From: Marsupella aquatica
Lineage: Eukaryota; Plantae; Marchantiophyta
NCBI GenBank assembly: GCA_973895155.1
Contig: OZ316893.1
Coordinates: 23,644,015 to 23,708,014, forward strand
Direction of reading: 5' to 3'
Length of the DNA: 64,000 bases
Positions within the stretch are counted from its first letter, which is position 1. Every line of letters begins with the position of its first letter. Both the position numbers and the translations under genes were made by a program. This document shows, piece by piece, positions 25,101 through 35,440 of this stretch. A model generated the notes under the pieces. The model did no database searches. It had not been told where the DNA came from and saw only the letters and a program-made list of their open reading frames with translations.

Positions 25101-26545
25101 GATGGAGAGTGGGATGTGATTAGTGGAATTGCTTATGGGAAACAATTCAGAATACGGACTCACGAGAACCTTCGATCGCCAAACACTTACTTTGTCCAAA
25201 TGTGCATCTTCCCTACTTGTTCCTGTGAGGATTTCTTCCGTCGTCATTCCCGCGGCAAGCCGTATATGCCCTGTAAACATTTGTACTGGGTGTTCATAAA
25301 TGTCTTCAAGTTTCATGTAGAGGAGTCTACCCTGTGTAGCCAGCCGATTTTGACAGTTGGAGAAGTTAGACTTGTGTTGGAGAGGCACAACGCAAATGGT
25401 TTATAGAGGGACACGATTTATCCTTAACTGTCGTATTCCATAACGGATACTATGTTGTTTTGTCTTTAGTCAACGGATATTACTTTAGTTTTTTATGTGG
25501 TTTTGGTTAGCGTCGGGCACTGGTCAATAACTTATTTATAAAATTTTGTTTTTTGTGGTTATTGCCATTGGATGGTTCCATAAGCTTTTATTATCGTCCC
25601 ATTATTCTGCGTACTTAATCCTTTGTTAGCGCCTGGCGCTAGTTTCACACTCTGCCTGACAGACCCCTATGTTTCCGATAACATAATTCAGTCCACAACT
25701 GGCTTTGTGGTGGGTCCCACCTGAGCATACTCCATTCCTCCATGGGTATTATGGTTAGCCTTTTTTTAACCACACTAATGAAGTATATGAACTAAATGAA
25801 GCATTTAAAAGTGGACTGTTTAGAAATGTTGCTGTATTTAAACAACAGTGAATTGAATGACAACCCTTTTTTATCTATAATCTGAGCAAGTGACAATGGA
25901 TTGGAACCTCTCCGAGAAACTATGAGCACACTTTTCCCTTAGATCTGACGTCGTGTCTTATGCCAGTAGGAATATTTTTAGCTTAAACAAGAAGCCTTAA
26001 ATGATGAGTAACAAGCCCATACTTTAGGAACTCTAGCCAAAAAATCAGAAAAACAACGAAAAAGTCAAAAAAAGTGCAAAAATTAGCACCTATTTTAGAG
26101 AAAAAATATGGAGCGAACAAAATATGACATAAACTAGCTATGTTTTGACACCTAAAAATGACCAAATTCATCTGAAGTTACATTCCACCAATAAATGATC
26201 TCAAATACAACACTATTATCTACAATGGTCTCACAATTACACGAGGTGTCTTTTGAAACAACAACTAAATCACCTCCAAAAGCCATTGTCATTTAAAAAC
26301 CAGAAAATAAATTACTACAACTTAACCTGATACACATTATTGTGAAAAGAAGACAAGGAGAATAGAAATGACACCATCTAATTGAATTGAAACACAACCC
26401 ACTAAGATAATATTAAACTACAAATTTCTCAAGAAACTTTAACCATGAATTCATGAATAAGTGGTAAAGGCATTTTGAAAATTTGTAAATTTTCAAGTTA
26501 TCCATGTTTTTCAATGGTAATGTCACAAACAATAACTACTTTTCA

Positions 26546-29500
26546 TTACTCAGATCCAGAAGTCCTCAATTCTTGAAACGAAATATCCCTAGATTTACCT
26601 CCTAGCGGGGTTCTAGTTGATCCATTCTCTTGTTCTTGCTCTTTCTCTTCTGCCAAAAATTCAGTCAATCGGATTTTGATTCGATCTACTGTCTTTTTGT
26701 ACAATGTATCAGATTTTGTCAACATGAAGTTGTAAGCAAAAACAGTCGTTGAAGATAAATCAAGCTCTTGGTGAAACCATATTGGTTTCAAAGTTCCTTT
26801 CCCACGACCACTTTTCTTCTTTTCGTAGTTTAAGACTTCTGGTAAGTACTTGGCTTTCCAAGGATCTGACCCGGTTTTTGTAGCATGCCATAAAACATAA
26901 ATCATTTTTGGAATGTTGAACTCGTCGCGCTGGTCAATTCTTTCCACCTTGGCCACCCAAAATGTTTCCGATTCTTCTCCAGCAACAGAAATATAAGTGT
27001 TGACTTCAAGATCCGAAAAGTCTCCTTCCATATTCTCCTTCTCTGCATCTATCTTTCCTTGATTCCGATAAGGACCCACGTATATATCTCTGGTAGGTCC
27101 GTATACTCTCTCTTCAATTTCCTCTTCATTGACAAGGACTCTGGGAACTTCAGCAGCAACAGCAATCTCCCTTTGGGAGCGTGGCCATTGAAAAGGGAAA
27201 ATCAATGGTCTTTGATCAAGGAGCAAAGATTTATTCAATTCCCGTTGCTCTTCAAAAAACATTCTCCACCAGTTCACTTCCTCTTCTGAGAATAAAGTTT
27301 CAACTGCAAGTATTCCCTTTTGAATCTCATTTAACGAATCATCCATCTCCTTCAAAGTCATTCTTGAAGAACTAGACATATTTGGTTGAGTCCTTGTAAC
27401 GTTCTTATCCCCCTTTTTGAAAAGGGGTAATCCGGGAGCACAACCCATCACCTTTTCTGGCTCCTCTTCCCTCAAAAATTTCATGCCTCCGTCAGGTTTC
27501 CAAGTTGAGTCCGTGGAAAACTTCTTCCCCCATTGGGTTGGAACTTGATTTTCCAACTTGTCAAATGCAAATTTGTACTGGTGGTGGAAGGTAACATTTT
27601 GAATCCTTTCAATGACTAAAGGTGGATCTGAGAAGGCATATTGACGGAAATCATATGTTTCCTTTAAAAGAGTGATATTTGGTTGGGGTTGATATGATTC
27701 ACAAATAATATCACATAGGCTTTCGTATGTGAATGCCTTAAACCTTGCTAGTCGTTTAGAAAATCGACTGAACATTTGATCTATTTGGTCGTGTGTGTGT
27801 CCAACCAACAAGAATCCTAGTTTGATTTTCCGAAAAACCTTTCTTCGAATCAACATATGAAGATAGGCAAAGAGTAAATTATTTTTATTTTCTCTACTGG
27901 TATTATCAAGTTGAAGATAGAGAACAGGCGGCAAGCCACCAGGCTTTTCTTCCCATTCGTGAAACACCCTTTGCAGGATTGTGACTGTCAAGTTTCCATC
28001 ATTATGCAATACAGGATAATTAAGAAACACTCTTGAAAATAATGCACCATTGAAAACCAGGCATCCGACAACGTGCATTTGGATCAAACATGTTTCGTCC
28101 ACCGATTTTGGGGGCCGCGGCCAATGAGGCAACCCTGTCTTCTTCTGATCCATCCCATCAATGACAACTCCCAAATATTTATCAGAATTTGAAAAACATT
28201 TCTTACGATGCTTCGCGAGTTTCTCACGTTCTTTGGATTGTTGGTCTCTATGTTTTTGTAACATAATTTCCCCTCGCCCTGGAAAAACAACTTGTTAGTT
28301 TCTTCAAAAAAAATTAGAAATCATGTGTTAAGCCATATTCTTGAAACAAAAACTTGTCAAACTTGTAAGTAACTTACTCTTTTCGGTCTCCGAGACAGCT
28401 TTGTCCCGAATTGATTTGAACTCCTCGCAATCCGCGCAAGCACTGAATCGATTGACTGGAGGAATCTTCACATGACCAAATTCTTGAACCCAAACTTTCA
28501 AGAATTGTCGATAGGATATTTTTGAAGATTCATCAATCTTGGCATAGTTGGAGTCGTAGATCTTCCATACCTCCAGCTTTGAATAATTATCCGGTAAATG
28601 TGAAACTTCTTTATTTGGCAATGTTTCCACGCGTGTCTCAAAAAACGACCTAAGCCAACTGACCAAGACTAATCTTTTAACAGATGGAGGGCGTCCAACT
28701 GGTTTAGAATATCCTAAGTCTTGGTTGTCTAATTTCAAAATTCTATTTAATCTATGATTGCCAACGCAAAATATAAGCTTGAAAGCTTTCCGACAAATAC
28801 TCTTTTGACCAAACGTGTAAGATATAGTCTGCCTCCCTCCTTCATTTCCGTCTCGCTTTATAAGCCACTGCAAAGATAAAGATCGATCCTGAGATTTCTG
28901 CCTCAAAAATTTAGAACGCGCCTCACGAATTTCTTTTGGAGATAGACTTAGGAGACAATGACTCTGACAACAGTACTTACTATTTGTTTTCTTGATATCC
29001 TCCTCTTTCAACTTTGTTTCACACAAAGTGGCGTTGCTCGTACGTTTGTAACGACTAGATGCCACCGGAACATCATCATCCTCCCCACTCTCCGAAGACT
29101 CGCTTTCATTCGATGATGAAATGGTCACCAACATTTGCTTCTGAACATGCCTAGATTCCAGACCTGCAGCCTTCGGAGATGGAGGCTCTTCCTTCACTCT
29201 ATGCACCCTTGGAATACCTGGGCGTATTTCAGAAATCCCTCCATTACCGTGTAGGGACCCTTTCAATATTTTCCTAGGGTCCCTCTCCACCAGGTTGGTT
29301 TCCCTGTTTGAGTTTCCGTGACTTGATCCGCTCCCTGCCCCAACACCATGACTCCTAGGTAAAACTGAGGAACGCACATTAGAATTCTTTTCTGGAATAC
29401 TTTTCAATAACTCTGGTCGTCTAGTTTCTTCCCTCATCCCCCTGTGAAATGTTTCCGACGTTGGCTTACCAAAGGTTTTACTTTTTGGCATTTGCTTCAG

Positions 29501-29944
29501 CCGCTGAACACTTTGGAGACTGCAAAAATCTCTGTCATTTTCCCCACTTAGTGCCTTCTTCGTCTTTCCAAATCCAGTCTTCATGAATTCATGAGACCGT
29601 TTCCCAGACATCCAAATAGGCATTGAACCTTCCAGATTACTCCCCAATTTGTCCTTTGTTGGTGACAAAGGAGATACAACTTGACGTCCAGGGGGACCAA
29701 TACTCTCCAAGGAGTCAGAGGAGCTCCCTGACCTCTCTTTACCACCGACCAATGATTTCTTCCCACTAATTGCAAGTCGTAAAGGACTACGTTTTAACTT
29801 GCTCATAGGGGTGGGGGGTGGCATATCTAAAACAGTAGTTATTCCAGGGATATCTGGGCCAACCACTGTGCAGGGGCCATCCGGCAATGAAACATCATCA
29901 GAAACTCCATCTGAATAATCATCTGATTCGTAACACGCCACCAT
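26546..29944 (-). CDS. DUF7869/Sola-like DDD transposase, apparently intact (~1,099 aa; exons 29944-28378 and 28278-26546)
   Basis: The GTAAGT...TTCCAG intron joins the two ORFs in frame (EKR-RGEIMLQKH). Motifs CCQSHC, ICRKAF, FSACADC, VIDGMDQKK, LYLQLDNTSRENKN and FLLVGHTHDQIDQMFS. Confidence 0.85.
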
Positions 29945-30488
29945 TGGAAAAACTAGTGCAAATTGACAAGAAACTCAGAAAATCAGTAAAATCTAACAAA
30001 TCTTCTCAAAATAATGACCAAGAGTCATGAATAAACGAGCCTATTTATAGTTTTTCACGGATTGTTGGGACTTTTTAACTTCAAAAATATCAAATATTCA
30101 TGAAATTTGCAAGCTTTTTCCCGTTAATACCCCGAAATATTCATGAATAATTGGCCCAAAAACATTGATTTATCATGATTTCGGGTTAATTTTACTAAGT
30201 CGCGCCTGATCCGTGATTAGTATGTATAACCAAGGAACACGGGGCAGCCCATTCATTTTCACTCAATGTCATTTGGATTTCCTTTGTAAAAGAGTGAAAA
30301 ACAATCTCGCTGTCCAATTTCGTGCCATTTTCAGCACTCATCGGCGACGTGTCGCGAGTTGTCGCGGTCGCACTTCATTTCGACCCTGTTTTAGGTAGTA
30401 ATTTAGGCCCTGGGTGATTTCTTCACGTCACCCCCCTCCGAACCCTATTTTAAATACCCTTCTGCATCACCGAGGTGTACAAGCAAAG

Positions 30489-30598
30489 AGAGAGGAGACT
30501 CCCTTCATGAATTCATGAAGGTCGGAGCGAGAGGGAGACTCCCTTCATGAATTCATGAAGGTCGGAGCGAGAGGGAGACTCCCTTCATGAATTCATGA
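30489..30598. repeat. 40-bp tandem repeat (x~3), each unit containing the palindrome TCATGAATTCATGA
   Basis: Perfect palindromes at 30505, 30545 and 30585, extended to 20 bp (CCTTCATGAATTCATGAAGG) in the first two. Located just upstream of the MTase gene. Confidence 0.95.
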
Positions 30599-30763
30599 TA
30601 GGAGTCCTGGGGTGGCCGAGAGCGTTGTTAGATCCGTAAGGACACGGTTTTAGTAACCATTTGTTGGCACATTCCTTGGTTCTGTGGCACTTTGTCTCGC
30701 AGGTTGGGGTTGAAGTGGACTGATTTTGTGGTATGTTCTCAGGTTTGAAGATCAGGCAAAAAC

Positions 30764-33700
30764 ATGACAATGTCGCAGGAAGAGCTGGTGGATGACATCT
30801 TTTCGCGCCATCCTTTGACGGACTTCCACAACTCATCTTGGACGATTTCCTTAGGGACGGAAACATGGAAGAAGCCCTTCCTAATGCTGTGTGTATTTGA
30901 GGGGCTTCCATCGGGGGCATTAGGGTGGGTAAATTACGGCCGCATCGATGTATTTCGACGGGGCGACGAAGTTGTGAACATGTTGATCACAACGAAGGAA
31001 ACATCAACTTTGATTGTCGTGGATGTGGAGAGGTTTTCTGGAACGGCTGCCACCTGCTATCTCGATGAGGACATCGATAGCATCATTGAGACTGTCAAGT
31101 CTCTTTCGAGTGAGGAACGTTACCACGACGTCGCGGGAAAGATTTCCGGTTTTGTGTTTGAATTTCACGCTAGCACTTTAAAGAGTGCAATCCGAAAATC
31201 AAGAGAGATTCTCCGGAAAAGGTCGGCAGAGAAGGGAGTAAGTCGTCCACCCAAATCTGGGGCTTCCGGTGTTCCTTCTGGATCGAGGCCTAGCATTTTA
31301 CCCAATGATATTTTGACCGTGGTAGCGCCTACAACCTCCCGGGAAGCAGCAGCATCTGGAGGGGGATCTCAAGTTGGCAGATCATCCTAGGGAACGGCTT
31401 TGACTGGTGGGTCGGCACAAGGTACGACTGGAACTCGCATTTCTTCAAAGAAGCGACCTGCTATGACTCCTGAGCCTACCGAGCCCAATGCTACAAAGTC
31501 AAAAAAGAAGACTTTGGAGAAAATTCCAACGCATTTGGAGCAAAAGGCTCAATCAATGTCAATGGATGCACGGGTATTGTACCAGGAGGAGATTCTGGGA
31601 AGATGTGGTGTTCAAGAGGAGACCGTGACCGTTGACATTGGTCAACTTTACCCTCTAGTGAGAGAGAAGGCTGTGGGCTTGCCCATTTACCAGGTCTGAC
31701 ACATCCAACCATATTTCTTGACCCAATTGACCTTGCGGATGAAGACTGTAGGTGCCAGTCCACTTGCAGCTCCGTTTGTCCTCTTGGTGGATCCGAAGGA
31801 GTGTGCTACTAGGCAAGACTTTGATTTTTCAAGGAAAGCTGATTACCATTATTATGTGATTGGGGGCAACCATTCAGCCTGTGCCAAAGCAGACCTTGCT
31901 CTTCAGTTCCCTAACAACAAGGCATTTCGGAGAGTGCAATCTTGGATATTTGCGGGATTGAGTGTGCAAGAGGCAAGAAACCTGGCGTGGAGTCACAATA
32001 TTGATTCTGAATTTCGACAACAGATGACGACAATCCAGAGAGTAAATTATATTCACATGAGATTTATTGAGAATGGATTGTCGTCCAACCAGGATTTCAA
32101 GAAAGAGTGTGCTACTGAAATCAATCTCAAGGATTGGGGTGTACGAAAGGATGCTGAGGTTCTTAATGCCAATGATAACCTATTTCAGTTGGCATTCCGA
32201 CAAGATCCTGTGTGGTCATTTGTGAGGCAGATTTGTGACAAGTGGGAGATGTGTGAGATCAAAGGTCAAAAAGGAGACAAAGGCAAGAAGAAAGTCTCTA
32301 AGTCTGGAGATGCCAAATTGCCTTATGAGGACATGAAATTAACAGAGTGGAGACACATGCAGGCCTTGAAAGATCCTGATATGATTTGCCCAGTGTTACA
32401 GAGAGTTCTTACTAAAGAACTCTCTTTACAGGAAATGGGTCACGAATTTACTCGACACAAATTTCAGATGCAGGTGCAGAAGGCCTTCCTCACGTGTCTA
32501 CACAAGGAGAGTTGGTCAGGTTGTAAAACCAAGTACCCTGAGCATTGCACAGACAATGTGCTTAAGAATTTCGTACCTGTTTTCCAGACATGGGTAAGAT
32601 TCTGTCACCTTTCTTCGAATGATTGTTTGAATTCATTTAATATTTGGAATCCTTGTTTCTAATTCTACAGTTCCTTTTTGTAGAAAGATACCACCTCCCG
32701 GAAAAAGAAGGGAGATGAGGAAGGCAAAGATCTCAAGTCATTCCCGGACAAATTCAATGCGCATATTGTGCAAGCCCAAAATTGGCTATCCATGAAGACT
32801 TCTAGTCGGCAAACCCAAGAGGGGGAACTTCATCCAAATTCGTTTGAGCATCCAGAGTTTGGTGATGTGCACTATGATATTTTTACTCATGATGCTCAGC
32901 GATTACATGAGGTGGTTCCGGGTCGGGCTTACACATTAGCTTTAGTGGATATTCCCTACGGGTTTGCATTGCCTGGATGTCTTCATGAAGACACTATTGG
33001 ATGGGGAACTGAGGAGATCACAAAAATGGTCCAATCGTTCAAGGTGGCTACTACTGCAAAGTTGTGGCGTATTATCATTCACCACAGCCTTGACCAATAT
33101 GAGGCCATCAAGACCGTTTTGAAAGCGGAGTGTAATGGAGGGTTCCAGAATTGTGTGTGGTAAGAAATATTTGTTTTTGAAAAAAACAACTATTAGTTAT
33201 TCATGATTTCATGAACCATGTTTCTCAGTTTAAATAACTCCTTGACTTTTTGTGACTTTTCAGGGTTAAGGATAATGTGAAGAATGCTGGTGGACCAAGA
33301 TTGAACAACAACTTTGAGTGCTTTACAATTGGCTTTCACAGCCAGGATGGTAAACGGTCATTGGAGCACTTCAATTTTGACACAAATGAATCAAGGAACA
33401 ATGTGGTTGTATGCGCAGCTGTGACTAAGAAGCTGAAACACAACGGGGATAACAAGGCAGTGAATGTTTATCAGAAACCACGTGCATTGTTAGATTGGGA
33501 AGTGAGTCATTTTAGTCAGGTTGGAGACTGGGTTTTGGATATTTGTTCAGGATCAGGGACTGGGACAACCTCCTCCTGGGCCATGGGGAGACATTGCGTT
33601 GCCATTGAGATTGACGAGCGACAGAGCAGTGTGTTGAAAGGGAGGATTCTCAACCTTGCAGATAACATTGAAGAGGAAGACAGACAGGGGGAGATGGATG

Positions 33701-33825
33701 AGGAGAGTGAGGAAGACATTCCTCAGGCCGGAGAGGATAGCGTGGTTGACGATGCCACAATTGTTCCAGAATTGACGACAGGGACTTCCGGAACCGAGGA
33801 AGGGGAAGCGGTCCCTTTGGATTAG
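30764..33825 (+). pseudogene. ParB-like domain + beta-class N6-adenine/N4-cytosine DNA methyltransferase fusion (~955 codons; exons 30764-32593, 32684-33159, 33264-33825; two internal stops)
   Basis: ParB-like: PFVLLVDP...YYVIGGNHSACA...WIFAGLSVQEARNLAWSHN. MTase motif IV LALVDIPYG, then CVWVKDN...FE, then YQKPRALL...FSQVGDWVLDICSGSGT...GRHCVAIEID (IV before X-I = beta order). All splice junctions keep the frame. Stops TAG at 31388 and TGA at 31697. Confidence 0.88.
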
Positions 33826-34218
33826 ACTAGATAAATAGAGGGACTCGTAGCATTTGAAACCACTTGGGCTTAAGTTGGGTTATATTTTGTAAAACTTTGA
33901 GTTTGACTTAAACTCTGATCGATGAGTTTGATTTTGATTACTTTTATAAAGTGCATATTTCAAGGTTTATACAATTGTGAGAATATCATATAAGATATGC
34001 TTAGATTTTGGTGGTAAAATTCTCTTGAGTCTAGTTTGGAAAATACATACCATTTTTTGGTGGTTTTTTGGTATACACTTTTTAATATCATGAAGATTTT
34101 GAAAAGAGAAATAAGGCTTTGGACTCATCCCTTAAGGCTTCTTGTTCTTAAGTATGTGGTTGTTCCTTACGTGAATTTTAGAAAAACTTTGCCAAATAGT
34201 ACACTTTTACAATAACAA

Positions 34219-34256
34219 TTTCCTGTTACCAGGAGAAATTACCTGGTAACAGGAAA
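34219..34256. other. Perfect 15-bp-stem hairpin
   Basis: TTTCCTGTTACCAGG-agaaatta-CCTGGTAACAGGAAA. Confidence 0.85.
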
Positions 34257-34382
34257 ACTGTTTCCTATTTCCTGTCTCCACTGCTATACCCCTTGCAGAC
34301 AAGGTGCGTGCGTACCCCTAACATACTCCAAAAATACCCCCAAAGTATCCCGCTGAATGAAAATAATGAGTGCGACTTCAGC

Positions 34383-35114
34383 TTAATTTGGGGCCTTTTG
34401 CACCTGGTCATCCGCCAACATCCCACCAATTGGAGAGCTTTTTCCGGATTTGCATTCCAACATCCATGCAAGACCAATCCGCTGGTGTGGATATAGAGCT
34501 GTAGTCATTGTACCAGGTGGAGGGCATGCCTCCTCTGTCTTGAAAGTGAGACACTTGGATATCAATCTGCGGATCCCGCTCACAGCAAAGTTAGATATGC
34601 TTGAACATTGTTTCTGAAAAAACAGTAATCATACAACAAAGGAAACAAAATCGCTAACCTTTCCACTCTCTGTGGCACACTCTTCCCAGTGAATGTCTTG
34701 TTCTGAATGCTCGCCATCCTCCACTTCTTCTTCTTCTTCTTCTTCTTCCTCTACCTCTTCCTCTTCCTCCACTTCGATAGCCCTCCTCTTCGCTGGTGAG
34801 TGACTGCCACTCGGAATAGAGTCCTCTCGCCCTCTCTTTGAAGCACGAGGCAAATTTGGTTGTCGTGAAATGTGACTCGTCCTAGCCTCCCATCCCGGAC
34901 TCTTAGTTGGAACATGAAATAGAACAGAAATCGGAGGTGACCCTGGTACTTCTGATGCAATTGGACCCGACGATTTGTCCTCCTCTGTAGCTGAGACCTC
35001 TACTTTTGATGTTGGTGCAGCATTTGGTGCCTCTCCTTCTAAAAGTGACATCTCTTCTTCTGATGCCGGTACCTCTGCCAGTACTGGTGGTGCAGCTGCC
35101 TGTAACTCTACCAA
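34383..35114 (-). pseudogene. Fragment of a SNF2-RING helicase-like gene (RAD5/RAD16 family, CHR27/28-FRG-like N-terminus) with an acidic upstream exon
   Basis: EEACPPPGTMTTALYPHQRIGLAWMLECKSGKSSPIGGMLADDQ, the Q-motif leading to helicase motif I, followed by a GT donor. The rest of the helicase was not found. Confidence 0.65.
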
Positions 35115-35440
35115 AACTGGTGAGTCACCTCCACTCGAAATAGACTCCTCTCGCTGTATCTTTGAAGCAGGATAATGAATTGGGAAAGTACCTACTTCTG
35201 CTGGTGCTGCTGCTTGTACCTCTACTATAGCTGGAACACCAAAAACTGGCGGTAATTGTGATGCCTAGCCAGGAATCACTAGGCCAGTTAAGTGGGGAAA
35301 ATGGAGGTGTACCCTATAAACACATTAGTATAGTAACAAAAACAAGGAAAATATAAACAATTAAGGGTGACTATGGAACCCGGGCCGAGGCCGGAGGTAA
35401 GGACGTCAGGGGAGAGAACACGATTAGGGTTAGGGCGCGC

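Larger units (their letters stand above)
16921..25406 (+). pseudogene. Mutator-like (MULE) transposase: GCM/WRKY-like Zn finger, DDE core, C-terminal SWIM; interrupted by a solo LTR and a MITE
   Basis: Removing both insertions gives MSRSIVITRACTREVIKVPVQ...FELPPIVGMQ in frame from the ATG at 16921. Motifs: CTGFVECRNKSC...CHYC...CPAC...HIGEHNHP, VSFDVMKR, GFMADNAQAG, DAFHFYQS, SWIM CSCEDF...PCKH. Frameshifts near 23420 and 24085, intron 23604-23880, TAG at 24876. Confidence 0.82.
25986..34146 (-). mobile_element. Sola-like DNA transposon family 1 (8,161 bp) carrying a ParB-methyltransferase gene
   Basis: TIR AACAAGAAGCCTTAA(AT/GG)GATGAGT (22/24 match), 4-bp TSD CTTA (25982-25985 and 34147-34150). 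Divergent transposase and ParB-MTase genes inside. Confidence 0.9.

Noticed and set aside
25640-25680. Right terminus of the Mutator-like element
   Set aside because: Plausible (ends ...GTTTCC after the last palindrome), but the partner end is outside the window, so no TIR or TSD can be verified.
30489-30598. CRISPR-like array (palindromic repeats)
   Set aside because: The intervening sequences are identical (a simple tandem repeat) and there are no cas genes. The same applies to 46150-46345 and 49965-50170.
30764-33825. Bacterial or phage contamination, or a restriction-modification system
   Set aside because: The gene has frame-preserving spliceosomal introns, sits within eukaryotic TIR/TSD boundaries among plant TEs, and has no adjacent restriction nuclease.
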